40,193 bases of DNA from Candidatus Magasanikiibacteriota bacterium (lineage in GTDB: Bacteria; Patescibacteriota; Patescibacteriia; Magasanikbacterales; UBA922), in assembly GCA_016214105.1 (NCBI GenBank), contig JACRPD010000023.1:1-40193 (forward strand), read 5' to 3'. Position numbers and translations under genes: made by a program. How positions within the stretch are numbered: the first letter of the stretch is position 1; each line of letters starts with the position of its first letter. The notes under the pieces are model-generated. The model had not been told where the DNA came from. It worked only from the letters and a program-made list of their open reading frames with translations, and did no database searches. Positions 14,663 through 22,068 of this stretch are shown here, in pieces.

Positions 14663-15268
14663 CTACTCCAACTGATCAACCATCGTGTTAAAATCTTTTC
14701 TGTCATCGCGGCTGATCTTTCCCGCGTGCCAAGCACGCGCGATTTCGTTTTTCATGTGCTTTTTATCAATCCAATTATACCCCGCCCCGGTTCTTTTACT
14801 CAAAGCGTATCGTTTAACCATGTCGCCAAAAAATCTTATATCTGTATCTGACAAGTGCCTCAAGGCCTTCAAATTTTTATACCGCATCTCTTTCAATTTC
14901 CAGTCAAGTCCTTTTTTTCTGGTATGATGAAAAGCCGCGCCAGTACCGAATTTTAATTTAAATCTAGACGGAGTACCTGACGCGCCGGCTGTTTCCGCTT
15001 CTTTTTCCTGCCGCTGTCTGATCATTCCTCTGACATAGCCATATCTTCTATCATCCATCGCCGCCTGCTCATCTCTACTATTCAACCCACCCGCGCCGAC
15101 AGATTCGGTCGGCTTATCAAAAACCGAAGTCCTGACATTTGAAGAAGAATTCAATCGACTGATGGAAGTCGTTGACATTGGCTTATCCAGCGCGGAAAAA
15201 TTCGCGCTCTTGCCAACCGTCGGCCTCATCAATTTATTTAACGTGTTTGATATTGGCATAGTTTTCAA
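14663..15268 (-). CDS. Hypothetical protein (basic, hydrophilic); last gene of the miaB-miaA operon
   Basis: 201-aa ORF. The start is either TTG at 15268 or ATG at 15259. No family was recognised. Confidence 0.5.
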   Translation of the reverse strand: MKTMPISNTLNKLMRPTVGKSANFSALDKPMSTTSISRLNSSSNVRTSVFDKPTESVGAGGLNSRDEQAAMDDRRYGYVRGMIRQRQEKEAETAGASGTPSRFKLKFGTGAAFHHTRKKGLDWKLKEMRYKNLKALRHLSDTDIRFFGDMVKRYALSKRTGAGYNWIDKKHMKNEIARAWHAGKISRDDRKDFNTMVDQLE

Positions 15269-15272
15269 CTTA

Positions 15273-15313
15273 CCCCCTCTCCTTACTAAGGAGAGGGGCG
15301 AGGGGTGAGGTGG
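15273..15313 (-). repeat. GC-rich palindromic repeat family, copy R2 (inverted orientation)
   Basis: CCCCCTCTCCTTACTAAGGAGAGGGGCGAGGGGTGAGGTGG. Including the flank AAGTGAACCACCTCACCCC, it is near-identical to R5. Confidence 0.8.
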
Positions 15314-15314
15314 T

Positions 15315-16253
15315 TCACTTTAAAAACTCATTCACCAATCCCTCCGCCTCTTCATAATCTTTACACCACTTTATCCGCGAGTCGCGCTTGAACCACGTCA
15401 ACTGCCGTTTGGCGTAACGACGAGTATCCCGCTTCAAAAACTCAATCGCCTGATCCAAGCTGTGTTGTTTTTCAAAATAGCCTCTAAACTGGCTATAACC
15501 GATGCCGCTCAAACTCGGCAAATCCCAACTGTATTTTTGTTTTAGCAAATCCTCCACTTCTTTCAAAAGTCCCAGCTTTATCATATCATCAACTCGTTTA
15601 CCAATGCGCGCGTAAAGTTCTTCGCGCGGCACTTCAATGCCAATCTGCAAAAAATCATACAATGGCTCGCCTTTTTTTTGCTGTTCGGAGAACGGCACCC
15701 CGCTCAAAAGACACACTTCCAACGCGCGGACAATCCTACGTTTGTTATTGAAATCAACTGTTTCCGCGCCTTTCGGATCAAACTGTTTTAACAATTGCAT
15801 TAATTCATAATTATCTTTTTCTTCCAAACTGCGGCGCAATTTTTTATTCGGCGCGATTTGCGGAATCAACAAATTATCAACCAAAGCGTGGACATACAAA
15901 CCGGTGCCGCCGGCCACAAACGGCTGGTGCCCGCGCTCAAAAATCAGATTAACGCATTTATTCGCCCGATCTTTAAATTCCGAAACGGTAAAGGACTTGC
16001 CCGGGTCTAAAAAATCAACCATGCAGTGCGGAACGTCTTGAACATAATACAATTTATGCAATCCGACGCGCCGCCACTCGCCCGGCTCCTTGGCTGTGCC
16101 AATATCCATTTTCTTGTAAATCTGCCGCGAATCCGCGGAAATAATCTCGCCGTTAAATTTTTTTGCCAACCGCAAACTCCAGCCGGTTTTCCCGCTGGCC
16201 GTGGCGCCGACGATGACGATGACTTTTGGTAATACCTTTTGTGTGCCCAACAT
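15315..16253 (-). CDS. miaA: tRNA dimethylallyltransferase
   Basis: VIVGATASGKTGWSLRLAKKFNGEIISADSRQIYKKMDIGTAK. Confidence 0.93.
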   Translation of the reverse strand: MLGTQKVLPKVIVIVGATASGKTGWSLRLAKKFNGEIISADSRQIYKKMDIGTAKEPGEWRRVGLHKLYYVQDVPHCMVDFLDPGKSFTVSEFKDRANKCVNLIFERGHQPFVAGGTGLYVHALVDNLLIPQIAPNKKLRRSLEEKDNYELMQLLKQFDPKGAETVDFNNKRRIVRALEVCLLSGVPFSEQQKKGEPLYDFLQIGIEVPREELYARIGKRVDDMIKLGLLKEVEDLLKQKYSWDLPSLSGIGYSQFRGYFEKQHSLDQAIEFLKRDTRRYAKRQLTWFKRDSRIKWCKDYEEAEGLVNEFLK

Positions 16254-16282
16254 AAACTGAAAAGTTGTCTTGGATCGTCCAT

Positions 16283-16363
16283 CCCCCTCGTAGAGGGAGG
16301 TAAGGAAGGGGTCTCAACGATTGGAGACCTCACCCCTACCCCTCTCCTATAAGGAGAGGGGGG
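16283..16363. repeat. GC-rich palindromic repeat family, copy R3 (head-to-head dimer)
   Basis: The left half CCCCCTCGTAGAGGGAGGTAAGGAAGGGGTCTCAACG resembles R6. The right half GAGACCTCACCCCTACCCCTCTCCTATAAGGAGAGGGG resembles R1 and R5. GGTCTC/GAGACC forms a central hairpin. Confidence 0.75.
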
Positions 16364-16398
16364 CAAAAATCATATTCTTTAAAAACTTTCTGACTCCA

Positions 16399-17772
16399 TT
16401 ATACCACTTTCCCGCGTAAAACCCACGTATCCACCCAGTCTATTTTGACTGACACAATTTGACCAATCAAATCCGAGGCGCCGGGAAACTGGACCAGTTT
16501 CATCTCCGAAGAATTACCAAAACAAATATTTTTTTTGCGCTTATCAACCAACACGCTAACAGTTTGCCCGGAATACTTTTGATTTTTACGATGAGTCGTT
16601 TCTTCCATCAAATCCTGCACCGCCTGCCAGCGCTGTTTTTTGATCGCGCGCGGCACATCATCTTTGAACGCTTTGGCCGCGGCAGTGCCGGCGCGCTCGC
16701 TGTACTTGGCTTGATACGCGATATCAAAATCGCACTGGCGATATAAATCCAAAGTATTGTTAAATTGTTCGTCTGTTTCCCCGCAAAATCCAACGATTAA
16801 ATCCGTGCCAATGGCGATGTTCGGTCTGGCAACGCGAATTTTTTTAATTAAGTCAATGTAATACTCCCGCGTGTACTTGCGATTCATCTTGCGCAAAATT
16901 TCATTATCTCCGCTCTGAACCGGCAGATGCAGGTAATTAATTTGTTTTGGCAGTTTCAATGCCTCAATCTGCTCATCATTAAAATACTGCGGATCAGCCG
17001 CGGTCCAATGTATTCGTTCTAAACCATCAATCTGATTCACTTCCCACAACAACGCCGCAAAATCGTATGATGTCTCTGTAATCCCCGCTTTTTGTCTTGT
17101 CATCCCCGCGAAACTTGTCCCAGACTGTGATCGGGGAGCGGGAATCCAAAAATCGGACGCGTGGTAGTTATTCACCACCTGTCCCAACAAAACAACTTCT
17201 TTAATCCCGCTGGCAACCGCCTGTCTAATTTCCGCCAAAATATCCGCCACCGGCCGATTGCGCTCTCGTCCGCGCGCGTAGGGCACCGCGCAATAAGAAC
17301 AAAAATTATCACAACCGGTCTGAATCGTGATAGACGCGGAAATATTATTGGAACGCAAAGGGTCAACGCGCAAATAATCGCCCGGGTCGTCAAAATTGTT
17401 AGAAAATAAATCAAGATTAAGAGATAACAATCTTTTTGGCAATAAATTTAATTCATCAATCGGAAAAAATAAATCAACGCCCGGAAACTTTTTTCGCAAT
17501 TTCCCATCCTTATCGCGCCCAGGTAAACAGCCAGTAATACAAATAACTAGTTCCGGCTTGCGCTCGCGCAATTCCTGCCAATTTTTTACCACGCCAAATA
17601 CCCGATCTTCGGCTGACTGTCTAACACTGCAGGTATTAATTAATAGAACATCGGCTTCTTCAGCTTTATCAGTCATTTTCAAACCAACCGTGGACAACAA
17701 ACCGCTGATTCTTTCCGAATCGTTTTTATTCATCTGGCAACCGAGGGTGGTTATGTGATACTTTCTTGACAT
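16399..17772 (-). CDS. miaB: tRNA-i6A37 methylthiotransferase
   Basis: YHITTLGCQMNKNDSE and the radical-SAM motif CDNFCSYCAVPYARG, with a C-terminal TRAM domain. The ATG at 17772 is preferred because the ORF-track extension to 17901 runs through the leader hairpin. Confidence 0.93.
   Translation of the reverse strand: MSRKYHITTLGCQMNKNDSERISGLLSTVGLKMTDKAEEADVLLINTCSVRQSAEDRVFGVVKNWQELRERKPELVICITGCLPGRDKDGKLRKKFPGVDLFFPIDELNLLPKRLLSLNLDLFSNNFDDPGDYLRVDPLRSNNISASITIQTGCDNFCSYCAVPYARGRERNRPVADILAEIRQAVASGIKEVVLLGQVVNNYHASDFWIPAPRSQSGTSFAGMTRQKAGITETSYDFAALLWEVNQIDGLERIHWTAADPQYFNDEQIEALKLPKQINYLHLPVQSGDNEILRKMNRKYTREYYIDLIKKIRVARPNIAIGTDLIVGFCGETDEQFNNTLDLYRQCDFDIAYQAKYSERAGTAAAKAFKDDVPRAIKKQRWQAVQDLMEETTHRKNQKYSGQTVSVLVDKRKKNICFGNSSEMKLVQFPGASDLIGQIVSVKIDWVDTWVLRGKVV
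17077..17148 (-). repeat. In-frame GC-rich palindromic insertion inside miaB
   Basis: Encodes WIPAPRSQSGTSFAGMTRQKAGIT. On the minus strand, ATTCCCGC can pair with either of two GCGGGGAT copies. Locally GC-rich. Confidence 0.55.
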
Positions 17773-17815
17773 AAATAAGGCTGGGTGGTGGTAATTTGAA
17801 AATTTAGAATTATTA

Positions 17816-17930
17816 AGAAATAGATTGAGATAGGTGGAGATAGAAAGATAAGAGATAGATGGAGATAGAGAGACAACAATCAACTCATCGTTTATCTCCA
17901 TCCATCTCTATTTATCTCAATCTATCTCTT
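17816..17930 (-). repeat. Unit-repeat hairpin (GAGATAGA-type units) in the miaB 5' leader
   Basis: 17816-17833 (AAGAAATAGATTGAGATA) pairs with 17913-17930 (TATCTCAATCTATCTCTT) at 17 of 18 positions. The inner arms GATGGAGATA and TATCTCCATC also pair. The left arm carries an extra segment of about 20 nt. Confidence 0.7.
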
Positions 17931-17975
17931 GTGCTTTAACAACGAACAAACTCTTGCTACTAAATCTGCTTTGTA

Positions 17976-18004
17976 ATTCTAACTCACTATTCCCACTATT
18001 TCAA
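17976..18004 (-). promoter_or_regulatory. Sigma70-type promoter for the miaB-miaA operon
   Basis: The minus strand reads TTGAAA (18004-17999), a 17-nt spacer, then TAGAAT (17981-17976). This implies a leader of about 195 nt containing the 17816-17930 hairpin. Confidence 0.5.
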
Positions 18005-18021
18005 CCCCTAAAAATGAAGGC

Positions 18022-18048
18022 GCGCCGGTCGTAGAAAACGATCCGGCG
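18022..18048 (-). terminator. Hairpin immediately after the stop codon of the GC-rich gene
   Basis: GCGCCGG (18022-18028) pairs with CCGGCGC (18043-18049 region), and there is an inner TCG/CGA pair. On the minus strand a T5 run follows after 5 nt. Confidence 0.45.
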
Positions 18049-18531
18049 CTAACAACCCTCCCTTTCTCCAGACGGCACCCTGACCACCGTCAAATGACGA
18101 CGTACCCCTGCCTCTCGTCCTCCATCGTCCTCCGCTTTCGCGAAACCAAAAGTAACCATTTTGACGGGCGGCAACTCCTCGGCCACCACCCCCTCCGGCT
18201 CTGCCAACGCAAATGCCAGAAGCACTTTCACCACCGGACCGTCACCTTCCGGCACCGACCCTTCGCCATCCACCAAAGAACCGATGATTTTCCAAGAACG
18301 CGGCGAATGGCAACTCTCCACGAACATCACGGTGACGAGATTCACCAGATCTGGCCACTGCGGATACCTCCTTTCAAACTGCCGCCACCGCTGGCCATCA
18401 ACATCGCCTCTCACTGCCAAGGCAAGAAACAGTTGTGGTTCGCCGTCATCTCCTTGATAGACGCTCACCCGACTTGGGGTGAGACGCGACAGCAGGTCGG
18501 AAAGAACCGCGAACAAATCCCTTGTCTGCAT
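18049..18531 (-). CDS. Hypothetical protein encoded by a compositionally foreign (GC-rich) cassette
   Basis: 160 aa counted from the ATG at 18531. That ATG is preceded by AAGGAGGGTGAG, the only strong Shine-Dalgarno sequence I saw in the window. G/C-ending codons dominate. The overlapping + strand ORFs 18094-18573 and 18161-18457 are GC-driven shadows. No family was recognised. Confidence 0.55.
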   Translation of the reverse strand: MQTRDLFAVLSDLLSRLTPSRVSVYQGDDGEPQLFLALAVRGDVDGQRWRQFERRYPQWPDLVNLVTVMFVESCHSPRSWKIIGSLVDGEGSVPEGDGPVVKVLLAFALAEPEGVVAEELPPVKMVTFGFAKAEDDGGREAGVRRHLTVVRVPSGEREGC

Positions 18532-18566
18532 CTCACCCTCCTTTCTGTGGATCTGCAGAACGGCGT

Positions 18567-18595
18567 AATATAACACGACAAAACCTAAAAGTCAA
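18567..18595 (-). promoter_or_regulatory. Sigma70-type promoter for the GC-rich gene
   Basis: The minus strand reads TTGACT (18595-18590), a 17-nt spacer, then TATATT (18572-18567). Confidence 0.5.
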
Positions 18596-18624
18596 TTGAC
18601 AGGGTGTGGATAAGGTGCTATAAT
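18596..18624 (+). promoter_or_regulatory. Perfect-consensus sigma70 promoter for the 18651 gene
   Basis: TTGACA (18596-18601), a 17-nt spacer, then TATAAT (18619-18624). Confidence 0.6.
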
Positions 18625-18650
18625 TCATAATACTATTAACCACCAAATAT

Positions 18651-20024
18651 ATGCCCAAAGGAGAGTCAATTTTGCCAACCCAAAAAGAGGGGGAGCCAAA
18701 AAAATACTCAACCAAAGAAATTCAACAAATACTGGGAGGTGAAACAACCTCACCAGTTGCGCCAACTGTAGATCAACCGATAGTGATTCCGGAAATACAA
18801 AAAGATATTGAAGAAATGCATGCTGGGATAGAAAAAAAAGGCCAATTGCTTTACCTCACAGATGAAAAAAGGAGATTGCAAAAAGCCAAAGTCCTTCGGC
18901 GAGATAATGAGTTATTAGAAGAAGGTAGAAAACGCCTTGGCGGATTTACCGGTGAAGACCAATTGGAAAAATTACAGGCACAGTTGAAAAAAGACCTCAT
19001 CTTTGATGAGGCAAAAAGAAAGGTGCGACTTGCCAAATCCGAACCAGATGAAGTGTGGTTGAAACCGGAAGAATTTGAAGAAGTTAACATAAATGCGGAG
19101 GTAGAAAAAGAGGAAAAAAAACGCGGTTCTGTCTTGGAGCAAGATGTAATGCCGCCGCTGGTTCCGCCTGAAGAATTAAAAAAAATACAAGACGAATATG
19201 ACGAAATAACAAAAAAATTAAAAATTATTGGCACTAAAATAATAAAACACGAACTGGAACCGGAGGCAATTCTCCCTTTGACAAATCAACAAAGACAGCT
19301 TGGCGTGCGCATCAGAGAATTGAAAAACCTAATAAACAAAGGACCGACCATGGCCGATAAAATCGCCTCAGCGCGAGCTAAGGCAATAGAGGATCTCGAA
19401 GCTAAACGAAAAACTCCGGCCGTTGAAAAACCGGCAGAAACACATCAGTTCCAACCACATGGTGTATATGATAGAGGCGAATACACAGGACCAAGCGGCG
19501 GCATTGGCACAGGAAATATAGCAAGTGTACTTGGTCGTAGAGGTGGCATGACAATATCTAACTCCGGCCATCGAGCCGGCGAGGAAACCTACACCGCCCC
19601 CGAACGCACCAACGAAGAAGCTTTGTTTGATCTTGACCAAGATTTGCTGAAAAAAAATACACCGGAAAAGCTCTTGCAAAAATTATTTCATTCCGAAATA
19701 TATCTTGGCAAAGAAGAACACAAAAATATAATTCTTGCTGACAAAACATTTCTTCAAACCCTGGATATTGAAAAATGGAACGGGGATTTGTCAGTTTTGA
19801 AAGAAGTGGTGGGTAAATTATCGCTGAAAAAATCTGATGAACTTGAGGCTATAAAACACAATAAAGGATGGTTTAAACGGCTGTTTGAGACACCTGAAGA
19901 AAAACTTCTTAAAAAACAGATGGAAGCGCTGGATGATTTCGCCGGCAAGTTGGTAGAGGGCGGAAAAGAAGGCCAGACATCCCCGGAAACCAAACGTCTC
20001 CTGCGCACAATGACCAAACGATAA
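18651..20024 (+). CDS. Hypothetical Lys/Glu-rich coiled-coil protein
   Basis: 457-aa ORF with a low-complexity charged N-terminal two-thirds. It has a consensus promoter and a strong terminator. No family was recognised. Confidence 0.6.
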   Translation: MPKGESILPTQKEGEPKKYSTKEIQQILGGETTSPVAPTVDQPIVIPEIQKDIEEMHAGIEKKGQLLYLTDEKRRLQKAKVLRRDNELLEEGRKRLGGFTGEDQLEKLQAQLKKDLIFDEAKRKVRLAKSEPDEVWLKPEEFEEVNINAEVEKEEKKRGSVLEQDVMPPLVPPEELKKIQDEYDEITKKLKIIGTKIIKHELEPEAILPLTNQQRQLGVRIRELKNLINKGPTMADKIASARAKAIEDLEAKRKTPAVEKPAETHQFQPHGVYDRGEYTGPSGGIGTGNIASVLGRRGGMTISNSGHRAGEETYTAPERTNEEALFDLDQDLLKKNTPEKLLQKLFHSEIYLGKEEHKNIILADKTFLQTLDIEKWNGDLSVLKEVVGKLSLKKSDELEAIKHNKGWFKRLFETPEEKLLKKQMEALDDFAGKLVEGGKEGQTSPETKRLLRTMTKR

Positions 20025-20030
20025 TTAATT

Positions 20031-20060
20031 AAAAATCCCCCGCCATGGCGGGGGATTTTT
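20031..20060. terminator. Bidirectional intrinsic terminator (the 18651 gene and thrS converge here)
   Basis: Perfect 30-nt palindrome AAAAATCCCCCGCC-AT-GGCGGGGGATTTTT. Confidence 0.8.
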
Positions 20061-20105
20061 AATATTCTATTAATATCTCGCTAATATTTTCGTTATATTT
20101 CTCGC

Positions 20106-21926
20106 TCAAATCTTTCGCTCTTTTATCTCCCCCAACACCTTCTCCACAAATTTTTCTTTACTCATCTTCACCTGATCTTTCTCGCCTCGCACGCGAATCA
20201 TCCACTCCTGCCCTGAGCTGGCCGAAGGGTCGCCGGATAATTCTTTGTCGCCGACAATAATAATATACGGAATTTTTCGTCCTGCCGCTTTGCGGACTTT
20301 GTTGCCGACTGTTTCGTCAGCGTCGTCAACTTCCACGCGAATACCCTTATCAACCAACTCTTTTGCAAGCATTTTGGCGCCTTCTTGGTGTTTAGTGGCG
20401 ACCGGAGCGAACAAAACTTGCACCGGAGACAGCCAGACCGGCCAGACACCGGCATACTGTTCAATTAAGAACGCCATAAACCGTTCGTGAGTTGACAATG
20501 GCGCGCGATGAATGACAAACACTTCATTATTATCAGCGCCAGACTCGTCTGTGTAGTTTAAATTAAACCGCTGTTTGGCCACAAAATCCAATTGAATAGT
20601 GGACATGGTTTCCTCGCGGCCGACAATTGATTTAAATTGAACATCAACTTTTGGACCATAAAACGCCGCCTCATCGTCAGCTTCAACATATTTGACTTTC
20701 ATTTCATCTAAAACCTCCCGAATCACATCTTGGGTATATTTCCAATTTTTCGGCTCGTTTACATATTTTTCTAAATGATCAGGACTCCACTTTGACAATC
20801 TAAACCAATAATCCTTTAAGCCAAAAATTGCAAAAAGACCCATGGTTAATTTCATCACACTCTTAAACTCAGCTTTAATTTGATCCTTGCGGCAATAAAT
20901 ATGCGCGTCGTTCATGGCCAAACAACGCACGCGCAAAAGTCCTGCCAAAGTGCCGGACAATTCATTGCGATAACACTCTCCATATTCCGCGATACGCAAC
21001 GGCAAATCGCGATAACTGCGCGGTTTGTGATTGTAAATCGTGTGATGATGCGGACAATTCATTGCCTTCAAATAATACACCCCGTCATCCATCTGCATTG
21101 GCGGATACATGCTATCTTTGTAATATGGCAAATGGCCGGAAGTCAAATACATTTCTTCTTTGGCCAAATGCGGCGTGCGCACGCGAACATATCCGGCTTG
21201 ATTTTCTTTTTCAATCGCCAATTTTTCAATTTCATTGCGGATGATTGTGCCATTGGGAAGCCACATGGTTAAACCCCTGCCAACTCGTTCATCAAAGAAA
21301 AACAATTCTTGTTCCGCGCCGATTTTCCGATGGTCGCGCTTTTCCGCCTCTTCCAACAAACGCAAGTATTCATCCAACTCCGCTTGCGTGTTGAAACACA
21401 CACCATAAATTCTTTGCAATTGATCATTGTTGCTGTCTCCGCGCCAATAGGCGCCGGCGAGTTTTGTTAATTTAAACACGCCAATCTCTTTTGCTGATTT
21501 TACATGCGGACCCCTGCAGAGATCAACGAAATTACCGGTCTGATAGATGGAAACTTCCTCAACCGACCCGCCGATTTCTTGTTTTTCTTTTTCGCTGAAT
21601 TTTGTCGTGCCTTTTTCTTTCAAATCTTTAAGCAGCATTACTTTATAATCCTGCTTTTTGTCCGCGAAAAACTTCAATGCTTCCGCCAAGCTCATTTCCG
21701 TTCGTTCAAAACCAACTCCCTCTGCCAGCATTTTTTTCGCTTCTGCTTCTATTTTTTGCATATCCTCTTCCGTGATGTTCCGTGGAAAACGAATATCATA
21801 ATAAAACCCGTTCTCAACCACCGGTCCGATGCCGAACTTCGCCTGCGGGTACAGTTCTTGCACCGCCGACGCCACCAAATGAGCGCACGAATGGCGCACG
21901 ATTTCTAATTGTTCTTGTTTTTCCAT
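20106..21926 (-). CDS. thrS: Threonyl-tRNA synthetase (no N-terminal TGS domain)
   Basis: HSCAHLVASAV (editing-domain motif), class II core motifs and an anticodon-binding C-terminus. The ATG at 21926 is preferred over the TTG at 21950, which would sit at the predicted transcription start. Confidence 0.92.
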   Translation of the reverse strand: MEKQEQLEIVRHSCAHLVASAVQELYPQAKFGIGPVVENGFYYDIRFPRNITEEDMQKIEAEAKKMLAEGVGFERTEMSLAEALKFFADKKQDYKVMLLKDLKEKGTTKFSEKEKQEIGGSVEEVSIYQTGNFVDLCRGPHVKSAKEIGVFKLTKLAGAYWRGDSNNDQLQRIYGVCFNTQAELDEYLRLLEEAEKRDHRKIGAEQELFFFDERVGRGLTMWLPNGTIIRNEIEKLAIEKENQAGYVRVRTPHLAKEEMYLTSGHLPYYKDSMYPPMQMDDGVYYLKAMNCPHHHTIYNHKPRSYRDLPLRIAEYGECYRNELSGTLAGLLRVRCLAMNDAHIYCRKDQIKAEFKSVMKLTMGLFAIFGLKDYWFRLSKWSPDHLEKYVNEPKNWKYTQDVIREVLDEMKVKYVEADDEAAFYGPKVDVQFKSIVGREETMSTIQLDFVAKQRFNLNYTDESGADNNEVFVIHRAPLSTHERFMAFLIEQYAGVWPVWLSPVQVLFAPVATKHQEGAKMLAKELVDKGIRVEVDDADETVGNKVRKAAGRKIPYIIIVGDKELSGDPSASSGQEWMIRVRGEKDQVKMSKEKFVEKVLGEIKERKI

Positions 21927-21961
21927 AAAATTTATTTCATCTAAGCTCAATTAACTCCTAT

Positions 21962-21990
21962 ATGTTAAGCTATTGCAAAAATGCTGTCAA
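21962..21990 (-). promoter_or_regulatory. Candidate promoter for thrS
   Basis: The minus strand reads TTGACA (21990-21985), a 17-nt spacer, then TAACAT (21967-21962). Confidence 0.4.
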
Positions 21991-22033
21991 GGCAAAGAAG
22001 CCGCCGCGCCCTATTCCCTACTGACGAAATTCC

Positions 22034-22042
22034 TGATATAAT
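22034..22042 (+). promoter_or_regulatory. Extended -10 element upstream of pilB
   Basis: TGATATAAT, 27 nt upstream of the ATG. Confidence 0.4.
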
Positions 22043-22068
22043 AACCCCACTAAATCTAAACTTTTTCT

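Noticed and set aside
17773-17901. N-terminal extensions offered by the ORF track: 2042, 4026, 5689, 17901, 18576, 21950, 26472, 27422, 30642, 30946 and 39563.
   Set aside because: The extensions run through hairpin repeats, terminators or predicted promoters. They often start at GTG or TTG, and a downstream ATG restores the conserved N-terminus or signal peptide in each case.
17931-18021. Intergenic gaps (4893-4986, 8457-8571, 14596-14662, 17931-18021, 20025-20105, 21951-22068, 28622-28702) scanned for tRNA or other small RNA genes.
   Set aside because: None shows a cloverleaf-compatible arrangement (acceptor stem plus a GTTCRANNC T-loop). Promoters, terminators and the repeats described above account for them.
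18030-18560. The GC-rich block as a structured RNA gene (RNase P RNA, tmRNA, SRP or 6S RNA).
   Set aside because: I could not find the hallmark motifs on either strand: GGAAAGTCC-type P4 sequence, a tmRNA tag-ORF plus GGTTCGATTCC...CCA tail, or an SRP GNAR tetraloop context. The minus-strand ORF has a strong SD, an ATG, G/C-biased third codon positions and a terminator. A covariance-model scan should still be run.
20195-20245. Shared SSGQ-type peptide in thrS (GDPSASSGQEW) and thyA (QQSSGQAKNF, about 10840-10870), as another in-frame repeat-element insertion.
   Set aside because: The DNA identity between the two sites is only about 8 nt (TCAGGGCA). I see no convincing palindrome. Both may be ordinary lineage-specific loops. 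It needs alignment to orthologues before any claim.
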